Source: Myxococcota bacterium (GTDB lineage: Bacteria > Myxococcota_A > UBA9160 > SZUA-336). Taken from it: DNA of 64,000 bases. The notes under the pieces are model-generated. The model ran no database searches. It saw only the letters and a list, made by a program, of their open reading frames with translations, and was not told where the DNA came from. This document shows, piece by piece, positions 18,338 through 28,212 of this stretch (position 1 is its first letter; every line of letters starts with the position of its first letter). A program made the position numbers and the translations under genes. The stretch lies in contig CBDFGR010000002.1 of the NCBI GenBank assembly GCA_965247115.1, positions 800,001 through 864,000 of the forward strand. Direction: 5' to 3'.

Positions 18338-20686
18338 CTAGTCAGGCAGCGGGCCGAAATCGGGCGGCTCCACGCGTCGTTCCGATGCAGCTTCGTAGGC
18401 GGAAGCGATCCGCAACGAGATATCCTCCTTGCCGGGCTCGGCGCGAAACACCAGCGAAAACGGCAGGCCGGGATAGGGAACCGTTGTCGGCGTATTCGAC
18501 GGCGACCAGACATAGCGCGTGGCATCGTCGCTGAGGACGAATACCGGATCGTACGCGGTTGTGACATAACCTGCCGGGATCAGCACCTCGGTCAAGCCGG
18601 CATTCGGTCCGTACAGGCTTTCCGCTGTGATGTTGTGCGGAATGTTGTACTGGTGCGGTCCGCCGATGATTCCCGGCGGCCACGGCGAGTGCAAGCGCAC
18701 CAGCGCATCGAGGTTGTTTTCCAGGATCACCATCATGTCGACCCGGCGCAGCAACTCGCGCAGCATGATGCGTTCGTTGACGCCCTGGCGTCCGTCGAGC
18801 GGATTGCGCGGGTCGGTGATCTCCTCCCAGTTCAAGAAGGCGGCGCGCTGGTCGTCGCCCCAGAACTTGGAGCGGGCGTTGAGCGCCGCCCAGTCGGCGA
18901 GAGTCTCATCGAACCCGGCGGCCCGCCAGTCCTCCGCCCGGCGCGACAGATATTGGGAGATGTGGTAGCGGAAGGTCGTCGACAGCTGTTGCTGCTGCAC
19001 AGTGCCGATGTCGAAATTGGCCGGCGGCTCGATGCGCGCATCGGCCAGCGCCACCATGTAGTCAATCGGCGCCATGGTACCGGAGCCAAACACCTTGCCG
19101 GGCTGGAACTCGGTTGGCGTGACGGCGTCGGCGAACTCTTTGAACAGCGGCTGGCCGTCGGCACCAAGGCGGAACAGAATATCGGGCATGAACACCGGTA
19201 CTAGACGCGCCAGCGCCTGGCGAAAATCGACCGTCATCTGCTCCATGTCCGGATCCGGCTTGGCCAGTCGGTCCGACGATTCGACAAGAGTGGCATCGAG
19301 GTGGTCGCCGAGGATCGCCTTTATCTGGGCGTTGGCCGCGGTGACGATCGGCTCCTCCGTCTTCGAGTCCTCCGGATAAACGAGCGATTCGCGGATCACG
19401 CCGAGACGCACACCCTTGAGCGAGCCCTTGGCGCCCGATCCTGTGGCATTGTCGGCGTATGACCCGTCGAGCACAGACGAGCGCGGCACCGTGGTGTAGG
19501 GATCGCGCGAGTCGTAGTAGCCGACCGTGGGATCCTTGAGCGCGTCGAGCACCTTGGCACAGTCGCCGATGGTTCGGCACATGATGCCGGCGCGGTCGCA
19601 GTAGATGTCGGCGCCTATCGCACCGCCGTTGAAGCCGAGCAGCGCCTTGTGGGGCAGGATCAGTGCGACCGAGTTGTGATTGGCCGGGCCGCGGGTCGAC
19701 GCGCGGGTCTCCTCGCCCAGGCTCGCCATCACCAAGTTGGTCGACACCGACACCGCCGAGCCCGCGCTCGAGCCGAGCGAGGCCGCCCGTGTGGTGTCGT
19801 ACGGATTGGACGGGTTGCCGCCCCAAGTCGTGCGCTGGTAGCCCAGGACCGAGGGCAACACTTTTTCGGGGGAGTGGCCGCCGCTGGGATCGCCAACGGC
19901 TCCGCCGGGATCGCCGGCCCGGCCGTTATATTCGGTGGCTACCGCCTTGGCGAAGATGATCGCGCCTTTGTCACGCAACTGCTCGACCAGCACATGGTCG
20001 CGCGCCGGAAAATCGTTGTCGTAAGCGGCATCGGCGCCGCCGGTCGAGCGCATATCCTTGGTGTCGTAAGGGTCCTTGAACGAAAACACAACGCCGTACA
20101 TCGGCATTTTTTCCAGATCAGGGTTGGTGCTAAACTCCGCGTCGAGTTCGGCCGCCCGCTCGAGCGCATCGGGTTGCTGGCGGAACACTTCACAGATCGG
20201 CGGCGCGCCGGCCGGCAACGGGCCGTCGTCCGGATGCTTATCGTATTCGCCCCAACAGGTCACCGAGCGTTCGCCGCGGATGTTGAGAGTCGCCAATGCG
20301 TTTACCTGACCGGCATTGGGCATGCCGGCAATAATGCCGAACTGCTGGTCGACGTCGGACTTCGACGAGGTCGCCTCCATACGGCCAAATTCCAACGGCG
20401 GCCCCTTGTATTTGTCCATGTCGGGCAGGATTTCCGAGGCCTTGATAGTCTCGGTGGGAAACTCGATCGGTGCACCACCGCGCACAACCCCGCGCGCTGG
20501 CGCCACCGATATGCCGTCTTCGGTGACCAGCATGCTGCAGACGCCGTTATAGGCCCGCACGCGGTCGATATAGTGCTGCACCACTTTGACGACGGTGGTT
20601 CGTCCATCCTTAATTGCCGCGTGTAACTCATCGATTGTCGCCTCTTCGAGGCGAAACGCTTTTTGCGATTCCGCTTGTGCGGTCAT
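18338..20686 (-). CDS. Large amidase-signature protein (about 782 aa)
   Basis: FSFKDPYDT, LGSSAGSAVSV and GEETRASTRGPA motifs; ATG 20686 after AGGGAG. Confidence 0.88.
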   Translation of the reverse strand: MTAQAESQKAFRLEEATIDELHAAIKDGRTTVVKVVQHYIDRVRAYNGVCSMLVTEDGISVAPARGVVRGGAPIEFPTETIKASEILPDMDKYKGPPLEFGRMEATSSKSDVDQQFGIIAGMPNAGQVNALATLNIRGERSVTCWGEYDKHPDDGPLPAGAPPICEVFRQQPDALERAAELDAEFSTNPDLEKMPMYGVVFSFKDPYDTKDMRSTGGADAAYDNDFPARDHVLVEQLRDKGAIIFAKAVATEYNGRAGDPGGAVGDPSGGHSPEKVLPSVLGYQRTTWGGNPSNPYDTTRAASLGSSAGSAVSVSTNLVMASLGEETRASTRGPANHNSVALILPHKALLGFNGGAIGADIYCDRAGIMCRTIGDCAKVLDALKDPTVGYYDSRDPYTTVPRSSVLDGSYADNATGSGAKGSLKGVRLGVIRESLVYPEDSKTEEPIVTAANAQIKAILGDHLDATLVESSDRLAKPDPDMEQMTVDFRQALARLVPVFMPDILFRLGADGQPLFKEFADAVTPTEFQPGKVFGSGTMAPIDYMVALADARIEPPANFDIGTVQQQQLSTTFRYHISQYLSRRAEDWRAAGFDETLADWAALNARSKFWGDDQRAAFLNWEEITDPRNPLDGRQGVNERIMLRELLRRVDMMVILENNLDALVRLHSPWPPGIIGGPHQYNIPHNITAESLYGPNAGLTEVLIPAGYVTTAYDPVFVLSDDATRYVWSPSNTPTTVPYPGLPFSLVFRAEPGKEDISLRIASAYEAASERRVEPPDFGPLPD

Positions 20687-20737
20687 AATGTTCTCTCCCT
20701 CTATTGGCTGCCGCCAATGTGATTCTGACAGCTGCAA

Positions 20738-21484
20738 TCAGGCCGCTTGCGCCTCCACTCTTTTTACCGCTTGCGGCCAGAGATACATGATCGCCGGGAT
20801 CAGGATGAGAATCAACGGCAGGAACGACAGGCTGACCCCGACCTGTGGTGATACTACCTGAAGGAACGCGCCCACCCAAATGACTAAGATAAGGCTGGCA
20901 TTCAATCGGCCCAGCCGGTGCAGGAGCGCAACAACGGCGATCAACGCGATGCCACCATCGTAGAACAAGGTACGCGGCGAAATCAGCACAATCGCGACGC
21001 TCGCCAGGCCCAATTGCGCGCTGAAATCGGCCTCGCGGCCGCCGCGAAACCACACCCACGACAGGGCAACAATGGTCGCGACGCTGAAGCGCCAGCCCAA
21101 TACGACAGCAAAGCGGTTACCGTCGCCAACCAGGGCTTGAGCCACACCTTGCCACGACACCAGTTCGGCGAGATTGAACTGGACGTCGAAGCCGGAAAAC
21201 GCCATCTCCAGATCGAACCAGTCGGCGACCCAGGCCGGTCCCATCACGAAGCTGTTGAGCCCGTACAATACGATCGCGGTGGCGCCGGCGGCGACCCACA
21301 CCCCCGCCATCTGCGATGATTTGGCCGGCGCTATAGAACACCGGATAGTCGCCGCCGATCCGCCCGGTGATCGTGGTGGTACCGGTTCCCGAGACCATAC
21401 GACGAAAAAGGCGACGGCGAGCGCGAACAGCGCGCCGCGCGAATACCATTTCAGACGCCACGGGGTCAGGATCGACTCGAGCAT
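20738..21484 (-). pseudogene. Glycosyltransferase family 87 (DUF2029), frameshifted and internally deleted
   Basis: GRIGGDYPVFYSAG is out of frame with the start (shift near 21400), then jumps near 21303 to the C-terminal TM part (SPRTLFYD). Confidence 0.7.
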
Positions 21485-21614
21485 GCGGAATTTCGCATCC
21501 TTCGCAGAGAAATCGGCGGCGTGCTACGCGAGCGACAAGGCAAACACGAAGTCACTCCGCCAATCATGAGCGTCGTCGAGCGGAAGTCGTTGGATGGGGC
21601 TCTACACATCGAAC

Positions 21615-21739
21615 ACCTCATCGCTGAATCCGGCAAGCTCGTAGCCATCGGCTACAGTTTCGATCCTAACGACCGCCGCTCTTATGATCCTTTGCTCTTG
21701 GCCCTCGACCACGCACCCGAGTTCCCCGGATGTTCCTGA
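21615..21739 (+). pseudogene. C-terminal fragment of a SIR2-like protein
   Basis: KLVAIGYSFDPNDRRSYDPLL resembles the SIR2_2 GYSF..D motif. Confidence 0.45.
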
Positions 21740-21840
21740 GCCTCCTATCTTCCGCTTAGAGTGAGGGTTCCCACGACACTTCTAGTGCGTCGAGCGCCTG
21801 GCCGCCGAGCGATGTTTCGCGCAGCCCAAACCGCGACATG

Positions 21841-21868
21841 CTCGACGCCTGACCTGCTGATTGCGAAT
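21841..21868 (-). mobile_element. Degenerate, inverted third tRNA-Thr att scar, followed by an arm region with IHF site (21918-21930)
   Basis: CTCGACGCCTGACCTGCTGATTGCGAAT versus the reverse complement of copy 1, CTCGAACCGCTGACCTGCTGATTACGAAT; AATCAAGGGCTTG fits the IHF consensus. Confidence 0.7.
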
Positions 21869-21974
21869 TCGTCCCTGACACTGCATCCCGTTGCGGTCTG
21901 TTCGCCTGCGTTAGGAAAATCAAGGGCTTGCGGTATCCCTGGTTTCGCTCTGTTTGTGCCTGTTGCGATCAGTT

Positions 21975-22606
21975 TTCTCGTCGCCCTCACTCTCGTCTCG
22001 TTGAACGCGGGTTGTCTCGGTCCGAGCGATGACTCGAGCAATGACACTGGCCGCGACGCTACACGACCGCTTTTCAACGGCAAGGATCTCGATGGCTGGG
22101 TAATCGAGTCTGACGGGCAATTCTCAGTCCGCGACGGTCTCCTGGTGGTCAACAGGGGCACCGGCTGGCTGCGCTCGGTACAGGAGTTTGGCGACTTTAT
22201 CCTGGAGATGGAATTCCGCTTCCTCGAGGAACAGGCGAACAGCGGCATCTTTGTTCGTACCGGTCCCACCAGTAAGGACGACGAAAACGGCTGGCCGGAC
22301 AACGGCTACCAGGTCCAGTGCATGGATACGATCACCGGACAGTACCCCCTCGCGACCATGATCCCCTACGGGGCTCCCGATTTCGTGCACGAATCAGACC
22401 TCGAGGCCCTCGCCAGGGCCTACCGGCCGACGCGCGAGTGGAATCACTACGAGATCACCTGCGACGGGGAGGACCTCAAGGTCAAGCTCAACGGTGAGCT
22501 CATCACCTCAGCCCGCGACATCAAGAACCTCCGCGGGCACATCGGCATCCAGGCGGAGCATGGTCTCCTGGAATTCCGCAACATTGGCGTCACGATCCTC
22601 GACTGA
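21975..22606 (+). CDS. DUF1080 (3-keto-disaccharide hydrolase) protein; native start apparently lost to att DNA
   Basis: LFNGKDLDGW, NSGIFVR, GYQVQ, EWNHYEI and GHIGIQAEH motifs; residual lipoprotein-like LNAGC. Confidence 0.8.
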
Positions 22607-22859
22607 CAATCAGACTACGTCCAGTTTCTCCGCGTCCCAACGAACCTGCCGCTTCTCCCTGTAAGCGGCGACCGCCATGACGAGAGTGGCCACCACAACT
22701 CCCGCTGCCGAGAACGCCGCAGCCCTTGCTGCAGAGCCGGCGCGGGACGAGCCACTGCCTGCGGCCCAGGTCCACAGCGACTGTCGCGGCTCAGAAGCAC
22801 ACGCGACGGATGCCGGGCGCCCCAACGCGGCTCCACGACGCGCGGAGTCGGCGCCCGAA

Positions 22860-23220
22860 GGGATGCGCGTCGTCGAGGACATACTCCGCTGTCTGGGACG
22901 CTCCGCGCGACCTCCACCCGTGGCCCCAGCGCGCCCGATCGGACAGCCCGAGCTGCCGTTCGTCGACGCCCTCTAGAGAGACGATCGTCGGATCCTCGCC
23001 CGCCGCTCGCGCTGCAGGCCTGATGCGCGCCGCATCCCAGTCGTGCGCCTCCGTTGGGCACCGGCCGCGCTCAACCCCGGCCGCACTGGCGCACCACCCG
23101 CTTGAAGGCCCCGCCCCCGGGCCCTCGGACGACTCGATCGGACGGAAAGGCCAATGTCAGAACCCGAAAAACCCTCGTAGACTCCGTTCCATAGGGTAGG
23201 AGCGCAAGACAGACTTGGTC
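22860..23220 (+). mobile_element. Remnant of an IS91/ISCR-like transposase C-terminus and downstream end
   Basis: VVEDILRCLGRSARPPPVAPARP..QPELPF resembles the C-terminal tail of IS91-family transposases. Confidence 0.5.
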
Positions 23221-23549
23221 CTGATCGCGGTCCCCGAGAGGCCCCGTTCATCGCCGCCAATGTGGCCTGGGGCTTTGCGTTCTACTTCACGCTGCCGTAC
23301 CTGCTCGGAACACTCGCCGCCCTCGACCGACGGGGCCTGTGGACGGTCGCGGGCACCGGCGCGCTCGGTGTGGGCATCGCGATTGGACCCGTGCTGACCG
23401 GCGCGCTCATTGCGCGCGGCTGGAGCTGGGTCGGATGGTTCCTTGCGGTCTCGACGCCGGTCACGCTCGCGCTCTTCGTCCCGGCGATTCGCGCCGTGGA
23501 AGCCGCGGGGCCGAGCAGCAGCGCCGAGCCCGCCGAGCGCCGAGTATAA
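23220..23549 (+). pseudogene. MFS transporter C-terminal fragment
   Basis: FTLPYLLGTLAALDRRG..GVGIAIGPVLTG; no N-terminal half. Confidence 0.65.
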
Positions 23550-23600
23550 TGGACAGCCTTCGACGCCAACCGACCGAACACCCCAGTCCATAATGTCCGA

Positions 23601-23629
23601 TTGACAGAGGGGGCGGGATCCCGTGTGAT
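23601..23629 (+). promoter_or_regulatory. Putative sigma70 promoter of the cupin gene
   Basis: TTGACA-N17-TGTGAT; ATAATG(G/T)(A/C)C repeats upstream. Confidence 0.5.
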
Positions 23630-23670
23630 GGACCCCGCTGGACGAGCGAAACCCAAAAGATGAGGTAGGT

Positions 23671-24123
23671 ATGAGCACAAAACTAAAGCCGCTGGTCGTC
23701 ACGCCCGCGGATGGGCAGGCGATTCAACCCTTCGGTCTGAACATGAAGGTGTTGTTGCGCACCGAGGATACCGGCGGCGAATTCTCCGCCCTCTTTGTCG
23801 AACATGAACCCGGAGCCGTGGTACCCCCTCACTTTCATCGCAATCAGGAGGAGTACTTCTGTGTGGTCGAGGGTACCTACGAACTACAGATCGGCGACGT
23901 GAAGAAAACCGCGGGGCCCGGAACCGTTGCCTTCATACCCCGCAACACGCTGCACACGTTCAAGAACGTGGGGCAGACCGTAGCCAAGATGGTCGACTGG
24001 AGTATCCCCGGCGGGCAGGACAAGTACTTCCTGAAGGTGCACGAACTCGTGGCCGACGGAAGTTTTACGGGAGAGATCGCCAACCAGGTAAACGCCCAGT
24101 TCGACACACTCTTCCCGTCCTGA
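23671..24123 (+). CDS. Cupin domain protein
   Basis: PPHFHRNQEEYFCVVEG and IPRNTLHTF motifs; GAGG RBS. Confidence 0.9.
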   Translation: MSTKLKPLVVTPADGQAIQPFGLNMKVLLRTEDTGGEFSALFVEHEPGAVVPPHFHRNQEEYFCVVEGTYELQIGDVKKTAGPGTVAFIPRNTLHTFKNVGQTVAKMVDWSIPGGQDKYFLKVHELVADGSFTGEIANQVNAQFDTLFPS

Positions 24124-24433
24124 GTGGTCTCTAGATTGGGCCTGAGCGAGTGTGAGGGAGGGCCTCTGAAGCCTTGGAGCAGTTTCCGCAGCAGTTGGCG
24201 AGCGGGACGTCGCAGGTCATGCGCCAGCCGCGCCGCGCGGACTTGCCGCAGATGGCCGTGTCGCTGACCTGCTTGCCCTTCAGGGGGTCCAACTCCTTCA
24301 TCATGTGGAGGTTCTGCCCTTAGCAGGCGAGGTATTGAGCCGCGAAATCAATGGGTTCGGGGAGGTGCCGACGCTGTTAAACAAGCGGAAGGCCACACCG
24401 CAGGGGGCGGCCTATCCTCCGCCCGGTGACAGG

Positions 24434-25477
24434 CTAGGCGAGCTTGCCCGCCTCGGCGGCCGTGATGTAACCGGCACCGTACAGCCACTGGACTGTGTCT
24501 CTCAGGGTGTCTTCGAGCGGGGTTTTGGGGAAGCCGAAGTCGCTGGTGGCCGGCCCCTGGTCGAACGAGACCTCTGGGCGGTCGGCCGATTCGAGCATCA
24601 TGTTGACCGACTCGGAGGCCAACGGCATCGCCTTGCCCGTCCGCAGCGCCACCCAGTCGAAGACCCGCCCTGCGATCCGGAGCAACGCGCGCGGCGCCGG
24701 CCAGGTGGGGAGGTTGCGACCGGTCATCTCGTTCAGGTTGCCCACGACGTCACGGACGTCGACCAGGGAGCCGGTCAGAAGGTAGTGGCGCCGGCCCTGG
24801 CCCGGGGTCATCACCGCTGCCGCCAGGCCGGCCACGTCGCGAACGTCGACGATGGGAAGCGTGCACGGACGCGGCAGCGCAGGAAGACGACCCTTGAAGA
24901 TGTCGCGCATCAGCGCCATGGAATCGCTGAGCCCTTCATTCGGGTCTCGCGGACCGAGCACCGCCCCGGGGTAGATCGTGACGACCGGCGCGCCCTCTTC
25001 CGCGTGCCGGCGCGCGACGTGTTCCGCGGCCACCTTGCTGCGCGTATAGGGACCGCATCCGGTGGAAACGGGACCCGCGCCCTCCACCGTGGTCGTTGGC
25101 GGGGGAATGAAGACGCCTGCCGTTGAGACGTAAACCAGGGGGTCGAGGCCCAGATCACGTCCGGTGCGCAAGATGAGCTCGGTGCTTTGGGGGTTCACCC
25201 TGGCCATCTCGGACTCGAGGTTCGGATCGAGACTGAACACCGCTGCCACGTGGAGGACCGCGTTCGATCCATCGAGCGCGCGTTTGATGATACCCGCGTC
25301 GGTGATGTCACCCTCGACGACCTCTACATCGGATGCAGACAGCCCGTGCATCTCGAGCGCGCGCTCGAGCTTCTTGGGTGAGCGGATCAACACCCGCACG
25401 TCGTAGCCCCCACCGCGCAGCGCCGCGACGGTGTGGGAACCGATGTAGCCAGTAGCCCCTGTGACGACTATCTTCAT
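24434..25477 (-). CDS. NAD-dependent epimerase/dehydratase (dihydroflavonol reductase-like)
   Basis: VTGATGYIG, HVAA and YTRSK motifs. Confidence 0.92.
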   Translation of the reverse strand: MKIVVTGATGYIGSHTVAALRGGGYDVRVLIRSPKKLERALEMHGLSASDVEVVEGDITDAGIIKRALDGSNAVLHVAAVFSLDPNLESEMARVNPQSTELILRTGRDLGLDPLVYVSTAGVFIPPPTTTVEGAGPVSTGCGPYTRSKVAAEHVARRHAEEGAPVVTIYPGAVLGPRDPNEGLSDSMALMRDIFKGRLPALPRPCTLPIVDVRDVAGLAAAVMTPGQGRRHYLLTGSLVDVRDVVGNLNEMTGRNLPTWPAPRALLRIAGRVFDWVALRTGKAMPLASESVNMMLESADRPEVSFDQGPATSDFGFPKTPLEDTLRDTVQWLYGAGYITAAEAGKLA

Positions 25478-25981
25478 GGCGGAGATTCTCGTCCCCGAAA
25501 GAAGCGCAGTCAAGAACGGCCGGCGTTCGGCTGCGGCTGACTCGGACGCTGTCGCGCGAAGCGGGCGCGGGCTCGGCGGACCAGTTCCTCGGGGGAGAGC
25601 ATAGGTCCCTATCGTACACACTTCGGTGTTGAAGAATTCTTGGCTGTTTACATCAACTAGGCGCTCCGAGCCGCTCCCCTGCAAATGCGCATCCCGTCAT
25701 TCCTCGTCTTCAGATCCCCCTGCCCCATCCGGATGGGCCTCCTACAGGATCACGTAACAGTCGATGTCTCTACTTGTACAGGCATTCGCGGGTGATGCCC
25801 AGGCTTCGCGCCGTGGCGATGCGGCGCTGGCCGTCGCGGTCCAGCGCGCACATCAGCCATCTATAGCTCCAACGGGATGCGGATCTCTCGGGCGAGCCAA
25901 CGGGTGCTGTGTTCCGGTCGAGTCCTGTCTCCGCTACCAACTAACCCCATGGAATCACGATGTGAAGGAATCTCTCCAGTG

Positions 25982-26380
25982 ATGCAACGACCGTGGTGGA
26001 TGACCGCGATCGCCGCCTTCTTCGTGCTGAGCCTGCTGGTGAACGTGTCGCGCGACCTGCTGTACCCCGAGTACGGGAACGTGGAGGTGTGGCTCGGGTT
26101 CGAGGTGACCGGCGCTGCGGCGCGCTGGACCGCGCCGATCCATTGGGCGATGTTCGCCGTCGGCGCGTGGGCGTTCTGGACGTGCCAGTCATGGGCGCTG
26201 CCCGCCACCGCGGCGTACGCGTTCTACGTCGCCTTCAGCCACATCGTCTGGAGCGAGGCAAGCCCCAACGGCCATGGCTGGCCGATAGGCCTGCTTCACG
26301 CGGCCGTGATCTCGATCCCGGGCTTCGCGCTCCTCTGGCTCAACTCCCGAAGTCGACGGGAAACGTTACCGGGCGCTTGA
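25982..26380 (+). CDS. Small membrane protein
   Basis: Four hydrophobic segments; AAGGA RBS. Confidence 0.7.
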   Translation: MQRPWWMTAIAAFFVLSLLVNVSRDLLYPEYGNVEVWLGFEVTGAAARWTAPIHWAMFAVGAWAFWTCQSWALPATAAYAFYVAFSHIVWSEASPNGHGWPIGLLHAAVISIPGFALLWLNSRSRRETLPGA

Positions 26381-26507
26381 CGAAGCCCATCGGAGGCCAT
26401 CTCCACGTACAGCAGGATCGAGACCTGATTCGCGAGGTCGAGTTGGGAACCGCGACACCGACGCCTTCCGAGTAGACTGAACCCTTCACCGAGCCACAGG
26501 AGGCGCC

Positions 26508-27893
26508 GTGGACGCGCTTTGCCGAAGAACCGCCGTGGAGCTCGCCGGCCTGATTCGGGTGGGCGATGTGTCGAGCCGTGAGGTGGTCGAGGCGCACCTC
26601 GCGCGCATCGACGAGGTCAACGACTACGTCAACGCGGTCACGCTGATCCTCCGCGAGTCCGCACTGGAGGCGGCCGACGCGGCCGACCGCGCCGACGCCG
26701 CAGAGCGCGCGCGTCCGTTTCACGGGGTGCCGTTCACGATCAAGGAGAACATCGACTTCCTGGGCACGCCCACGACGGACGGCCTGCCCTCCCGCGCCAA
26801 CGCGATGCCCAGACAGGACGCACCCATCGTGGAGCGAATGAAGCGGGCGGGTGCAGTGCCGCTGGCTCGGACCAACCTGCCCGAAATGGGCTCGCGCCTG
26901 GACACGGACAATCCGCTGCGCGGCCGCACCCGCAACCCGTGGAACGGAGCTCTGACGCCGGGCGGCTCGAGCGGCGGTGAGGGGGCTGCCCTCGCGACCG
27001 GCATGACGCCGTTCGGCCTGGGGAACGACATCGGCGGCTCGCTCCGCAATCCCGCCTACTGCTGCGGGATCGCGTCCCTCAAGCCGTCCCTGGGTCGCAT
27101 CCCCTTCGTGCTGTCGATCGACCCCGTGGACATGGGGCTGTCGGCCGCGCTGCTGACCGACGGTCCCATGGCGCGCTCGGTCGGCGACCTGCGGCAGGGG
27201 CTTGCGATCCTCGCGGGCAGGCACCCCGACGATCCGCAGTCGGTCGATACCCCACTCGAGGGCCCCGTTCCCAACCCCCGCCGCGCTGCGCTGGTCACCG
27301 ACGTGCCCGGTTGCGAGCTGCCCGCCGCGACCACTGCCGAGATTCGCCGCGCGGGCGCGCTGCTGGCCGATCAGGGCTGGCGGGTGGAAGAGGTCGAGGC
27401 TCCGGAGCTCGAACGCGTCACCGAGATCTGGGGCAAGATCCTGATGGGAGAGGGCGGCTTCGAGGAGTCGGAGGGGCTGCTGAGCCCGCCCGTATACCGG
27501 TACATGCTGAGCCTTCAGGAGCTCCTCGGCGCCCCCAAGCTTCCTCTTGCGCTCGTGCACAGTGAGCGCCGGCGCCTGCGCAGGCGCTGGTCGGCGTTTC
27601 TCACCGAGCACACCGTTGCGATCGGGCCGACCTGGACTCAGCTGCCCTGGCCGATCGATTCCGACCTGGAGCCCGACAGTGGGGCACAGCTCTTCGTGGA
27701 CACCGTCGGCTTCATCACGCCCGGGAACGTTCTCGGCCTGCCGGCAGTCGCGCTGCCCACTGGCGTGTCCGACGGGTTGCCCACGGGCGTCCAAGTCTAC
27801 GCGGACCTGTACCGCGAGGATCTGTGCCTGCTCGCAGCCGAGGCCATCGAACGCGGGTGCACGACACCGACACCGATCGATCCGGTCCGTTAG
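26508..27893 (+). CDS. Amidase
   Basis: GVPFTIKEN, PGGSSGGEG and GNDIGGSLRNPA motifs. Confidence 0.93.
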   Translation: MDALCRRTAVELAGLIRVGDVSSREVVEAHLARIDEVNDYVNAVTLILRESALEAADAADRADAAERARPFHGVPFTIKENIDFLGTPTTDGLPSRANAMPRQDAPIVERMKRAGAVPLARTNLPEMGSRLDTDNPLRGRTRNPWNGALTPGGSSGGEGAALATGMTPFGLGNDIGGSLRNPAYCCGIASLKPSLGRIPFVLSIDPVDMGLSAALLTDGPMARSVGDLRQGLAILAGRHPDDPQSVDTPLEGPVPNPRRAALVTDVPGCELPAATTAEIRRAGALLADQGWRVEEVEAPELERVTEIWGKILMGEGGFEESEGLLSPPVYRYMLSLQELLGAPKLPLALVHSERRRLRRRWSAFLTEHTVAIGPTWTQLPWPIDSDLEPDSGAQLFVDTVGFITPGNVLGLPAVALPTGVSDGLPTGVQVYADLYREDLCLLAAEAIERGCTTPTPIDPVR

Positions 27894-27915
27894 CACCGAT
27901 GAAAGGGGAACCTTG

Positions 27916-28212
27916 ATGGCGCACGACAACTTGCATTGCGCGGTCAAAGATCGCGTTGCGACGCTCACGATCGACCGGCCCGAGCGCAAGAACGCGATGA
28001 CGTTCGCTATGAACGCCGAGTACGGGCGTCTGATCCGCGAGGCCACCCGGGACGACGCGGTGCACGTTCTCGTGCTGACGGGGGTGGCCGGCTCGTTCTG
28101 TGCTGGTACCGACCTCTCCGACCTCGATGAACGCGCGCCGAAGCCCGGGGTGGCGACGGACCAGAGCGCACACCCGGGTTGGGCTGGTGGGCGCTGGCAT
28201 CGGGGCCACTAG
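27916..28212 (+). pseudogene. Enoyl-CoA hydratase/isomerase N-terminal fragment
   Basis: VATLTIDRPERKNAM and FCAGTDL motifs; ends after about 98 codons at CTAG. Confidence 0.85.
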
